Part shown: piece after piece, positions 48,655-57,903 of the stretch
Layout of the letters: each line of letters begins with the position of its first letter
How positions within the stretch are numbered: the first letter of the stretch is position 1
Source of the DNA: Anaerotignum sp.
Lineage (GTDB): Bacteria > Bacillota > Clostridia > Lachnospirales > Anaerotignaceae
DNA length: 64,000 nt
Assembly (NCBI GenBank): GCA_020024265.1
Contig: JAHHTW010000004.1
Coordinates: 11,931 to 75,930 of the forward strand
Reading direction: 5' to 3'
Notes under the pieces: generated by a model
The model's input: the letters and a program-made list of their open reading frames with translations, nothing else
Database searches by the model: none
Told to the model about the DNA's origin: nothing
Program-made: the position numbers and the translations under genes

Positions 48655-48674
48655 GAATCAGGAGGTGGACAGGT

Positions 48675-49688
48675 ATGCCGAATTTACAAAGTATTTGGAG
48701 AGGTATGCCGCAACAGATGGCAAAGAGGATACAGGATTGTATCACAAATGCAGAGGAAACATTGCAGGAAATCCGTTTGCGCAGGGACAAGCCCTTACTG
48801 CTACGTAGTACAAAGGGATGGCAGTATGTGCAGTATGGTACACAAGCACCCTATACGGTTACAGGCAGTGATATCAAAGCATGTGTATCGCTTTTAAGCG
48901 GATATTCTTTATACGCATTTGAGGAGGAATTGCGACAGGGCTTTTTGACCATTGCAGGTGGGCATCGTGTGGGGTTTTGCGGAAAAGCTGTGGTAGAGGA
49001 TGGAAGGATTCGTACCTTGCATCAAATCAGTTCGTTGAATATTCGTATTGCAAGAGAGGTGTTTGGTTGTGCAGATGAAATGCTGCCATACCTTTTTTCG
49101 GATGGTCAGTTTTGTCACACATTGATTTTGTCCCCTCCGGGATGTGGGAAAACCACATTGCTCAGAGAAATGATTCATTGCCTTGCAAATGCGCCATACC
49201 ATTATACGGTTGGTGTGGCAGATGAAAGAGGAGAAATCGCAGGGATGTATGAGGGGGTACCACAAATGGATTTAGGAGAATGCAGTGATGTGATTTCTGG
49301 TTGTCCGAAGGCGGCAGGAATGGAGCTTTTGCTGCGCAGCATGTCACCGCAAATCATTGCGGTGGATGAATTGGGCAGAGAAGAGGATTTTTTTGCAGCG
49401 GTGGATACGGTGCATGCAGGCGTGCGGCTGCTTTGTACGGTACATGGCAGTTGTTTGGAAGATGTGCAAAAAAGACCATTTGTACGAAAACTATTGGAAA
49501 TGGGCGCAATGGAACGATTTGTATTGTTGTCATACAACTATGGCGTGGGAAATATAGCACAGATTTTAGATGGGAACGGAAATTGTATCTACAATGGAAG
49601 GAGGGAAAATACGGATGATGAAGCTATTCGGAATTTTATGCATATTGACGGCGAGCGCAGTGACAGGCATTTTTTTGTGCCTGCGTGA
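48675..49688 (+). CDS. spoIIIAA: stage III sporulation ATPase AA
   Basis: EIRLR, GFLTI.GGHRVG, SPPGCGKTT.LR, DERGEIA, RSMSP..I.VDE.G; 3' end uncertain. Confidence 0.95.
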   Translation: MPNLQSIWRGMPQQMAKRIQDCITNAEETLQEIRLRRDKPLLLRSTKGWQYVQYGTQAPYTVTGSDIKACVSLLSGYSLYAFEEELRQGFLTIAGGHRVGFCGKAVVEDGRIRTLHQISSLNIRIAREVFGCADEMLPYLFSDGQFCHTLILSPPGCGKTTLLREMIHCLANAPYHYTVGVADERGEIAGMYEGVPQMDLGECSDVISGCPKAAGMELLLRSMSPQIIAVDELGREEDFFAAVDTVHAGVRLLCTVHGSCLEDVQKRPFVRKLLEMGAMERFVLLSYNYGVGNIAQILDGNGNCIYNGRRENTDDEAIRNFMHIDGERSDRHFFVPA

Positions 49689-50133
49689 AAAATATCGCTT
49701 GCAGGATATACAAATGCTGCAACGGGCAATTATGCTTTTGGGGGGTGAGATCGGATACCTTTCTGCTCCCTTGGCAGAAGCATTGGAAAATGTGAGCTAT
49801 AAAATTTCCGGAGAAATCGGAGATGTTTTTCAAAAAATTTCCAAACAGCTGCAAAAGCGTAAGGAACAAACCGCTGAGGAAATTTGGAATGTTATATGGC
49901 AAAAGGAAGCAAAAAGTATGTATTTGACAGCAGAGGATATACAGATGGTATTAGAGTTTGGAAAAACACTGGGCTATCTGGACAAGCAGCAGCAGGAACA
50001 TAGTATGCAGCGCTTGTTATTCGATTTGGAGCAGATGGAAAAACGTATTACACACAGATTACAAAAAAATGGAAAATTATATTATCGTATGGGCATATTA
50101 TGCGGTTTATTATTGATCGTGGTGTTGTTATGA
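49615..50133 (+). CDS. spoIIIAB: stage III sporulation protein AB
   Basis: N- and C-terminal TM helices, EI.Y...PL.EA, FGKTLGYLD..QQ. Confidence 0.9.
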   Translation: MMKLFGILCILTASAVTGIFLCLREKYRLQDIQMLQRAIMLLGGEIGYLSAPLAEALENVSYKISGEIGDVFQKISKQLQKRKEQTAEEIWNVIWQKEAKSMYLTAEDIQMVLEFGKTLGYLDKQQQEHSMQRLLFDLEQMEKRITHRLQKNGKLYYRMGILCGLLLIVVLL

Positions 50134-50152
50134 GAAACAAGGGGGGATAGAT

Positions 50153-50347
50153 GTGGAAATTGGTATTGTGTTTCGGATTGCGGCAGTAGGTATACTGGTT
50201 GCGGTATTGAACCAGATTTTGACAAAAGCCGGTAGAGAGGAGCAAGCAATGATGACCACATTGGCAGGGTTGGTTTTGGTGCTTTTTTGGGTCATTCAGT
50301 ATATCAGTGAACTATTCCAAACAATGGAAACCATGTTTCAATTTTAG
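50153..50347 (+). CDS. spoIIIAC: stage III sporulation protein AC
   Basis: IFRIAAVGILVAVLNQIL.KAGREEQA-type motif. Confidence 0.95.
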   Translation: MEIGIVFRIAAVGILVAVLNQILTKAGREEQAMMTTLAGLVLVLFWVIQYISELFQTMETMFQF

Positions 50348-50358
50348 GGGGTGTACAT

Positions 50359-50742
50359 ATGGAAATGGCAAAGATTTTTGGTGTGGGTATGATTGGAACA
50401 TTGCTTTGCATCGTGCTGCAAAAGCAAAATCCACAGTTTGCAATCGTTACTGCTTTTTTGACAGGTATTTTGATTTTGAGCTGGATTTTCACACCATTGT
50501 CCAATCTTTTGCATCAATTACGAGATATGGCAGCACAGGCAGGTGTGGAGGATAGATATTTTGCCATTATCCTGAAGGTCATCGGCATTGCATATCTTGC
50601 GCAATTTGGTGCGCAGCTTTGCACAGATGCGGGAGAAGGCGCAGTTGCTGCAAAGATTGAATTGGCAGGGAAAGTGCTGATTATGGCAGTTTCGGCTCCC
50701 ATTCTGGCAGAGCTTTTGCAAGTGATTGTGACGTTGGTATAG
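50359..50742 (+). CDS. spoIIIAD: stage III sporulation protein AD
   Basis: KVIGIAYLAQF...LC.DAGE.A.A.KIELAGK. Confidence 0.95.
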   Translation: MEMAKIFGVGMIGTLLCIVLQKQNPQFAIVTAFLTGILILSWIFTPLSNLLHQLRDMAAQAGVEDRYFAIILKVIGIAYLAQFGAQLCTDAGEGAVAAKIELAGKVLIMAVSAPILAELLQVIVTLV

Positions 50743-50754
50743 GAGGGACATACG

Positions 50755-51846
50755 ATGCGCAGGGGATTTTTCGCTTTGCTGCTTTTCCTTTTTCTATGTC
50801 CTTATCCGGTATGTGGTGCGGAAGAATCCTATTTACAGCAGCTCGAAGCTCTGGATGAAGCCACAGATGGCTATTTGGAGGATACGAGTTTTACCGATTT
50901 GATGCAGGCAATTGCCGGAGATTGGTCGTTTTCCGTGAATGAAATTGGGGAAAAGCTGGGGGAAATGGCATTTGGTGAAGTACGTACACAAAGCAGGCTG
51001 ATTATACAGATGCTGGCAGTTACCATTTTGGCAGCGGTTCTACGACAGTTGACAGGTTCTTTTGCGGGAAAGGAAGTGGGGGAACTTGGTTTTTATGTCT
51101 GCTATATGGTATTGATTGCTGTTATATTACAAACATTTTTTGAAATCACAGAAACAGTGGTTTTGCGTATGGAGAAATGCACAGATGCATTTCATGTGAT
51201 GCTGCCTGTATTTTTGGTATTATCCGCATCTTCGGGCAATTTGACACAGACCGCTTTGATGGGACCTACCATGATGGGTGGTTGTACGCTCATTGCGACG
51301 ATGATGCGTACGGTGATTGTTCCTGTGGTATTGGTGGCAGTGGCTTTGGAGATGACGGACAAGTTATCGGAACAGCCCATTACCGCACGCTTTGCAAAAC
51401 TCTTGCGACAGTGTGTTGCTTGGGGATTAAAGGGGCTAGCCTGTGGATTTATGCTCTTGCTGTCGATACAAAAGCTGGGTGGAGGTGCAGTCAATTCCCT
51501 GACGGTACGTACTGCAAAAATTGCGGTGAATGCAGTGCCGATTGTTGGGGATGTGATGGGTGGTGCAGTGGATACTGCGGCAGCGGTATCCGCTACATTG
51601 CGCCATAGCACATTGGCAGCAGTGATATTATTTTTTTTGTTGTTTTGCTTACCGCTGATGCTCAAGCTTTTGGTGATGATGCTGATTTTTAAGCTGACGG
51701 CAGCAGCGGCAGAGTCGATATGCGAAACAAGACTGGTAGATTGTATTGGAATTGCTGGGGATTATACAGCGCTTTTGCTGGGTGCAGTGTTTTTGGTGCA
51801 GGTGATGCTGCTTTTTGCAGCAGTATTATTGCTGGGGGTACTATGA
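50755..51846 (+). CDS. spoIIIAE: stage III sporulation protein AE
   Basis: multi-TM protein, RTAK.....VPIVG motif, operon position. Confidence 0.9.
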   Translation: MRRGFFALLLFLFLCPYPVCGAEESYLQQLEALDEATDGYLEDTSFTDLMQAIAGDWSFSVNEIGEKLGEMAFGEVRTQSRLIIQMLAVTILAAVLRQLTGSFAGKEVGELGFYVCYMVLIAVILQTFFEITETVVLRMEKCTDAFHVMLPVFLVLSASSGNLTQTALMGPTMMGGCTLIATMMRTVIVPVVLVAVALEMTDKLSEQPITARFAKLLRQCVAWGLKGLACGFMLLLSIQKLGGGAVNSLTVRTAKIAVNAVPIVGDVMGGAVDTAAAVSATLRHSTLAAVILFFLLFCLPLMLKLLVMMLIFKLTAAAAESICETRLVDCIGIAGDYTALLLGAVFLVQVMLLFAAVLLLGVL

Positions 51847-51863
51847 AAGAAAGGAGTGCAGGC

Positions 51864-52043
51864 ATGATTGCAATGTTCACTGCATATATAAAAACTATAA
51901 CCGCATTGACTGTTTTTGCTGTGATGGCTGGGCTGTTGATGCCGGATGGAAAATTTCGTCAATATACCAGATGGGTGCTGGGACTGTTGGTGTTGACTGC
52001 AATGCTAGAGCCAATCCTACAGCTGCTTGCATGGAAGCGATAG
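51864..52043 (+). CDS. spoIIIAF: short stage III sporulation protein AF (membrane part only)
   Basis: SD AAGGAG; LLMP.GKF.QY.R.V.GL......PI motif; 59 aa between AE and AG. Confidence 0.8.
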   Translation: MIAMFTAYIKTITALTVFAVMAGLLMPDGKFRQYTRWVLGLLVLTAMLEPILQLLAWKR

Positions 52044-52076
52044 GCAAAGTGACAAAAGAGGGAAGGGAGAAAAACA

Positions 52077-52619
52077 ATGAAACATGATTTTTTAAGACAG
52101 TTTTTCCGTCCGGAAAATCAAAAGTCTATGGTTGGCATTGTCAGTGTATTTTTGCTGGGCATTGTACTTTTGTTTTGCAGCAGTCATTTTTTTGTACAGG
52201 ATACGGAACAAAATAAGACGGAGGAAGTACAAGAGATACATCATACAGAGCGGGCAGAGCGACAGGTGGAGCAAGAAATGGAGCAAATTTTGTCGCAAAT
52301 TGAAGGCGCAGGAGCAGTACGTGTGATGCTGACATACAGCAGCACAGAGCAACGTGTGCCGGCAACAGAAACCAAGCGAGAGGAGAGCAATCGTTCTGGT
52401 GAGAGCCACATAGGAAGTGAGCAAAAAATTGTATTGATTGAGGAACGCTCCGGAGGACAAAAACCATTGATTCTTTCAGAATATGCACCTGTGGTGGAAG
52501 GTGTTGTGATTGTGGCACAAGGAGGGGGAAATGCTGTGGTACGTGATGCACTGCATCAGGCAGCGCAAGCGCTGTTGCAGGTACCGTCACATAAAATAGC
52601 AATTTTGAAAATGAAATGA
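52077..52619 (+). CDS. spoIIIAG: stage III sporulation protein AG
   Basis: ILSQIEGAG.VRVM.T, VEGVVIVAQG, SHKI. Confidence 0.93.
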   Translation: MKHDFLRQFFRPENQKSMVGIVSVFLLGIVLLFCSSHFFVQDTEQNKTEEVQEIHHTERAERQVEQEMEQILSQIEGAGAVRVMLTYSSTEQRVPATETKREESNRSGESHIGSEQKIVLIEERSGGQKPLILSEYAPVVEGVVIVAQGGGNAVVRDALHQAAQALLQVPSHKIAILKMK

Positions 52620-52632
52620 GGAGGAAAAGGAT

Positions 52633-53310
52633 ATGTTTCAGATCAAAAGAAATCAGGTAGTGGTAACGGCATTGGCAGTAATGATTGCAGCAGCAGGATA
52701 TTTGAATTTTCAGGAAAGTCGCAGTGCGGAAGGAACAAAGACCGCTATGCAGCTGACAGAAGAAGGGGATATGGCAGCAGTGATGGATGAGGGATATTCT
52801 GCTTTGCCAGATGACATGACAGCAGAGGAGTTAAATATGGAAAAGAAGGATGCGCAAGACAAAACAGTACTTGATCCCATAACCGCAGAAGTATCTGAAA
52901 CGACAGGGGACGGTACAGCGATATTTGCAAATGCACAAGCTGATGGGGATGCAGCACAGTATTTTGCAGAGGCAAAGCTGGATCGAGAACAATCCAGAGC
53001 CAAACAAAAGGATATTTTAACGGAAATGATCAATAATACCAATGTCAGTGAAAGTCAAAAAAATGTTTGTAGCGACAGTATGTTGGAATTGCAGCAGCGC
53101 ATTGAAAAAGAAACAGCAGCGGAAGCCATGATTGAGGCAAAAGGATTTTCTGATGCCTATGTACGTATTGATGATGAAACGGTGGATGTGGTGGTCAATA
53201 AAGATCAGCTGACCGAACAGGAGGTAGCACAGATCGAAGATATTGTCAAACGCAAAACAGGATACAATGCAGAGCAGATTCGCATTTCATCATGGAAAAA
53301 GAGCAAATAA
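52633..53310 (+). CDS. spoIIIAH: stage III sporulation protein AH
   Basis: KRNQ...AL..MI..AGYLN, F.EAKL.REQ.R, AKGF.DA.V. Confidence 0.93.
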   Translation: MFQIKRNQVVVTALAVMIAAAGYLNFQESRSAEGTKTAMQLTEEGDMAAVMDEGYSALPDDMTAEELNMEKKDAQDKTVLDPITAEVSETTGDGTAIFANAQADGDAAQYFAEAKLDREQSRAKQKDILTEMINNTNVSESQKNVCSDSMLELQQRIEKETAAEAMIEAKGFSDAYVRIDDETVDVVVNKDQLTEQEVAQIEDIVKRKTGYNAEQIRISSWKKSK

Positions 53311-53353
53311 GCCCCTTTGTATCATGGGGAGCAAAGAGGCTGCATGTTCTGTA

Positions 53354-53911
53354 TTAGAAATAGAGATCTAGGATATGCTCTGCAAAATGCTTTTCCGTAT
53401 TTGCACGAACGGCAAAAAGCAGCAAGAGCATGATTTCTTCGGTTTCTTCATCATAATCTGTCAATAAATCCTGCCCAAGCAGAGCGGTAGTGGATTGCAT
53501 ATGATCCCTGACAGCTTTTTGTAAAAAAACGAATCCTTCATAAATGCGCAAAATCTTTTTTTGGGATTCTGATGGGGCAAGAGAGAGTGTGGATTGAAAA
53601 AGCGCAGCAATGTCACGTATGGAAAGCACGGATTTTAAATGAAAAATCATAATCAAAAGCATCATATGTGTGGGTGTATATTTTTTCTTCACAGGTGGTG
53701 GCAGTATTTTTGCTTTTGTGTAATTGTTAATCATGGTTTTCGTGAGTAATTTGGTATCCGGTGTACGTTTATAGTATTGCAGGGTTTGATCCATAAATGT
53801 CGTGACCTGATCCATATACAAATCAATACTTGGAATTTCACTGACTTCTACAATGGGCAGAGCAAGAAGCTCTTGTTGGAAGGTGTCTTGTATCTTTTTG
53901 GGTATCTGCAT
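53354..53911 (-). CDS. DUF1836 family protein (putative DNA-binding regulator)
   Basis: IPSIDLYMDQV, LTKTMINNY.K...LPPP.KKKY, LK.VLSI.DI. Confidence 0.9.
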   Translation of the reverse strand: MQIPKKIQDTFQQELLALPIVEVSEIPSIDLYMDQVTTFMDQTLQYYKRTPDTKLLTKTMINNYTKAKILPPPVKKKYTPTHMMLLIMIFHLKSVLSIRDIAALFQSTLSLAPSESQKKILRIYEGFVFLQKAVRDHMQSTTALLGQDLLTDYDEETEEIMLLLLFAVRANTEKHFAEHILDLYF

Positions 53912-54239
53912 CCATATCATCCTTTCTTGCCAATAGTATAACGTATCTATCTCTCTACGGCAATGACTTCTTTTTTCTGTATTGCCAATTTTTGATATGG
54001 GGGATGAAAGTGCTGAGGTGGCATTGCAAAGACAGTTTTCCAGAACAGACAGCGCCGTAAATCAATTGTAAAATCGTATGGGTGATCGCATAGATACATA
54101 CTGGTTTCGGCATGGAAAGAGCCTGAATAAACAATCGCCTGTTTTATGGAAGCTATGTTTGCGAGATGGATTGACATTGTTATTTGAGTGATATGAAATT
54201 TTTTGCAGAGTATATGGTATATTTGTGTCATATTTTATA

Positions 54240-54268
54240 TTGCAAATATAGGTGCGATGTATTATAAT
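54240..54268 (+). promoter_or_regulatory. sigma-A promoter of the hemolysin III gene
   Basis: TTGCAA-17 bp-TATAAT. Confidence 0.65.
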
Positions 54269-54318
54269 ATCAACATATTCGATACATAGTAATAAAAACT
54301 AGATAAGGAAGTGTTGAT

Positions 54319-54975
54319 ATGCAAGAAAAACAAACGAAAATCAAAGATCCGGGAAGCGCCTTGACACATTTTATTGGCTTTGTTGCGGTCATTCCGTGTT
54401 TTATTGCACTGATTCAAAAGGCACGATTGGAAGCCGGCACATTGGAGGTTGTGGCATTTTCTATATTTGGTATTTCATTGTTGCTGCTTTACGGGGCAAG
54501 CACCATATACCATACCTTACGTTTGTCACAGGAAAAAACACAAATTTTACGCCGCATAGATCATATGATGATCTTTGTATTGATTGCCGGCACATATACA
54601 CCCATTTGCTTGATTTCTCTACATGGTGCATGGGGATGGACGTTATTGACATTGATTTGGGGAATTGCTTTTGGTGGGATTTTACTCAAAATATTTTGGA
54701 TGCAAGCACCTCGTTGGCTTTCTACACTCATTTATATTGTGATGGGGTGGTTGGCAGTTATTGCCTTCGTACCTCTGGAACGTGCGGTTTCTTGGGCGGG
54801 CATTGCAATACTGATTTGCGGTGGTATGGCATATACTGTGGGCGCTGTGATTTATGCTTTGAAAAAGCCCAATATTCCGGCAATCAAATATTTTGGTTTC
54901 CATGAGATTTTTCATATTTTTGTTATGGCAGGCAGTGCGTTTCATATTGTATTTATGTTTGCATTTGTAGCGTGA
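54319..54975 (+). CDS. hemolysin III / PAQR family membrane protein
   Basis: SALTH, STIYH, RRIDH.MIFVLIAGTYTP, FHEIFH.FV. Confidence 0.93.
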   Translation: MQEKQTKIKDPGSALTHFIGFVAVIPCFIALIQKARLEAGTLEVVAFSIFGISLLLLYGASTIYHTLRLSQEKTQILRRIDHMMIFVLIAGTYTPICLISLHGAWGWTLLTLIWGIAFGGILLKIFWMQAPRWLSTLIYIVMGWLAVIAFVPLERAVSWAGIAILICGGMAYTVGAVIYALKKPNIPAIKYFGFHEIFHIFVMAGSAFHIVFMFAFVA

Positions 54976-55110
54976 ATGGCAGATCAATTTTATCTTTCTG
55001 GAACACAGGAGGTATGTGTCAGAAGGCACTTGTTTCCCTATGGTTTTTCAAAAAATTTACAAAAGGGCTTGATTTCTCTTGATAAATATGATATAAATGT
55101 TTTTGTAAAA

Positions 55111-55348
55111 AGACACTGACGAGGAGTAGTACATTGTATGGACTTTTTTCAGAGAGCTTTCGGTGGGTGGAAGAAAGCAAAAGCAGCAATGGAACTGGCC
55201 TCTGAGTTTTTCCGTAGAACGCAAAATGCAAGTAAACGGCAACGGTTGCCCTCGTTATCGGGTCAAGAGCGTGTTTCTTAGGAAACAAAGTAGAGTGGTA
55301 ACACGGAGTGTCCCTTCGTCTCTAAATGAGATGAAGGGGCTTTTTTTA
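55111..55348 (+). ncRNA. T-box riboswitch, Leu specifier (CUG)
   Basis: AGTA, AGAGAG and GGTGGAA stem I motifs; GAA-CTG specifier (55195-55197); T-box GAGTGGTAACAC; terminator GTCCCTTCGTCTC/GAGATGAAGGGGC plus T-tract; upstream of leuS. Confidence 0.92.
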
Positions 55349-55425
55349 TACGAATATATCAGCTCTTGCATATGTATGGTATGTTGCGATGTTTCATCGA
55401 TAAACCGAAAAAGGAGGAATTGAAA

Positions 55426-57837
55426 ATGAATGGTCGTTATGATTTCAGAGAAATCGAAAAAAAATGGCGTGCTGAGTGGGAAAAGAATCCCATTAACAAA
55501 GAGGATGATGTAAAACCAAGATTTTATTGTCTGGATATGTTCCCATATCCTTCCGGCACAGGTCTGCATGTTGGACATTGGAGAGGCTATGTACTCAGCG
55601 ATGTTGTAAGCAGATATAAAGTATTGCAGGGCTATCAGGTATTGCATCCGATGGGCTGGGATGCATTTGGCTTGCCGGCAGAAAACTTTGCAATCAAAAA
55701 TAATATGCATCCAAAAACAGCAACAGACAGCAATATTGCCAATGTAAAAAGACAGCTCCACGAAATCAGTGCAATCTATGATTGGGATAAGGAGGTCAAT
55801 ACCACAGATCCGGAGTACTATAAATGGACGCAATGGATTTTTTCGCAGATGTTTCAGAAGGGACTGGCATATGAGAAGGAAATGCCTTTGAACTGGTGCC
55901 CAAACTGCAAATGTGTATTGGCAAATGAAGAAGCAACCAATGGTACTTGTGAACGCTGTGGCACTACCGTAACAAAGAAAAATCTGCGTCAATGGATGCT
56001 GAAGATTACAGCGTATGCAGATCGTTTGTTGGAGGATTTGGATAAACTGGATTGGTCTGACAAAGTAAAGAAAATGCAGTCTGACTGGATTGGTAAGAGC
56101 TATGGTGCAGAAGTGGATTTCCAAGTGGTTGACAGTGCGCAAAAGATTACGGTTTATACCACAAGACCTGATACACTGCATGGCTGTACCTTTATGGTAC
56201 TGGCTCCGGAATACAAGGATTTGGATGCTTTGGTAACAGCAGAACAAAAAGAAGCGGTAGAAAAATATTGCTTTGATGCTTCTACAAAATCCTCTGTAGA
56301 TCGTATGATGGATAAAGAAAAGACAGGGGTATGGACCGGTTCCTATGCAGTCAATCCTGTCAATGGAAAGCAAATTCCCATTTGGGTTGCAGACTATGTT
56401 TTGGCGGATTATGGGACAGGTGCAGTCATGTGTGTACCAGCACATGATGAGCGTGACTTTGCATTTGCAAAGAAGTTTGCTCTGCCCATCGTTCAGGTAA
56501 TTCTGCCAGAAGGCGCAGAAGAAACCGAATTGAAGGAAGCATATACAGGCGATGGTGTAATAATCAATTCCGGGGATTGGAATGGTATGAAGGCATTTGA
56601 AGCAAAAGAAAAGGTGCCGCATATCATGGAAGAAAAAGGAATGGGCAAAAAAACCGTCAACTACAAGCTGCGTGACTGGGTATTTTCCAGACAGAGATAT
56701 TGGGGCGAACCGATTCCCATTGTGCATTGCGAACATTGTGGTGCGGTGGCAGTGCCGGATGACCAGCTTCCGATCCTTTTGCCTGAGGTGGAATCCTACC
56801 AGCCTACCGATACGGGAGAATCTCCTCTGGCAGATATCGAAGAATGGGTAAATACCACTTGCCCTCAGTGTGGTCGCCCTGCAAAGAGAGAAACCAATAC
56901 CATGCCACAATGGGCGGGTTCCTCTTGGTATTTCCTGCGGTATGTGGATAACCACAACCATGAAGCGCTGGCAAGTGAGGAGGCACTGAAAAAATGGGCG
57001 CCTGTGGATCTGTATGTGGGGGGAATCGAACATGCAGTATTGCATTTGCTTTATGCACGTTTCTACACCAAATTCCTGTATGATATTGGTGCAGTACCCT
57101 TTGAAGAACCGTTTCAGAGATTATTCAATCAGGGGATGATTACAAAGAATGGTCGTAAGATGAGTAAATCCGTTGGAAACGTTGTTTCTCCGGATGAATT
57201 GGTAGAAAACTATGGCTGTGATTCCCTGCGTATGTATGAGCTGTTTGTAGGCCCCCCTGAATTGGATTGTGACTGGGATGATAGCGGCATTGATGGCGTA
57301 TTCCGTTTCCTGAACAGAGTTTGGAAGCTGGTATATCAGAATAAAGACTTGCATGTAGCACCAACAAAAGAGATGGAATTTTTGGAAAACAAATTGGTTT
57401 ATGATATCACAAACCGTCTGGAAGCATTGACCATGAATACTGTAGTAAGTGGTTTTATGGAATATACCAATAAAATCATTGAGCTTGGCAAAAAGCAGGG
57501 CGGCGTAGACAAACATATGCTGGAAACATTGACAATACTGTTGGCTCCTTTTGCGCCACATATCTCAGAGGAAATGTGGAAAGAATTGGGACATGCAGAA
57601 TCTGTATTTGAAAATACCTGGCCAAAAGCGGATGAAAGCAAAATGGTACAAGATGTTGTGGAAATCGCATTGCAGATTGGTGGTAAATTCAGAGATACGA
57701 TGAAGGTTTCTGTTGATGCACAAAAAGATGATGTTTTGGCACAGGCAAAAGAAGTACTTTCTGCACGCTTGGATGGCAAAACAATTGTGAAGGAAATCTA
57801 TGTTCCCGGAAAAATTGTGAATTTGATTGTAAAATAA
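55426..57837 (+). CDS. leuS: leucine--tRNA ligase
   Basis: MFPYPSG.GLHVGH, GWDAFGLPAEN, FSRQRYWG, KMSKS. Confidence 0.98.
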   Translation: MNGRYDFREIEKKWRAEWEKNPINKEDDVKPRFYCLDMFPYPSGTGLHVGHWRGYVLSDVVSRYKVLQGYQVLHPMGWDAFGLPAENFAIKNNMHPKTATDSNIANVKRQLHEISAIYDWDKEVNTTDPEYYKWTQWIFSQMFQKGLAYEKEMPLNWCPNCKCVLANEEATNGTCERCGTTVTKKNLRQWMLKITAYADRLLEDLDKLDWSDKVKKMQSDWIGKSYGAEVDFQVVDSAQKITVYTTRPDTLHGCTFMVLAPEYKDLDALVTAEQKEAVEKYCFDASTKSSVDRMMDKEKTGVWTGSYAVNPVNGKQIPIWVADYVLADYGTGAVMCVPAHDERDFAFAKKFALPIVQVILPEGAEETELKEAYTGDGVIINSGDWNGMKAFEAKEKVPHIMEEKGMGKKTVNYKLRDWVFSRQRYWGEPIPIVHCEHCGAVAVPDDQLPILLPEVESYQPTDTGESPLADIEEWVNTTCPQCGRPAKRETNTMPQWAGSSWYFLRYVDNHNHEALASEEALKKWAPVDLYVGGIEHAVLHLLYARFYTKFLYDIGAVPFEEPFQRLFNQGMITKNGRKMSKSVGNVVSPDELVENYGCDSLRMYELFVGPPELDCDWDDSGIDGVFRFLNRVWKLVYQNKDLHVAPTKEMEFLENKLVYDITNRLEALTMNTVVSGFMEYTNKIIELGKKQGGVDKHMLETLTILLAPFAPHISEEMWKELGHAESVFENTWPKADESKMVQDVVEIALQIGGKFRDTMKVSVDAQKDDVLAQAKEVLSARLDGKTIVKEIYVPGKIVNLIVK

Positions 57838-57847
57838 AAGCATGAAT

Positions 57848-57891
57848 GAGGCGGTCATTGTATCAAAAGAGGCATGACCGTCCTCTTTTTT
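57848..57891 (+). terminator. intrinsic terminator after leuS
   Basis: GAGGCGGTCAT/ATGACCGTCCTC plus T-tract. Confidence 0.65.
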
Positions 57892-57903
57892 ATAGGTGTT
57901 GTG

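Noticed and set aside
53947..54231. 94-aa ORF in the DUF1836-hlyIII intergenic region
   Set aside because: No SD or recognisable domain, and it overlaps probable promoter DNA
55255..57045. 596-aa minus-strand ORF
   Set aside because: Antisense shadow of leuS with no recognisable motifs; explained by codon bias of the sense gene
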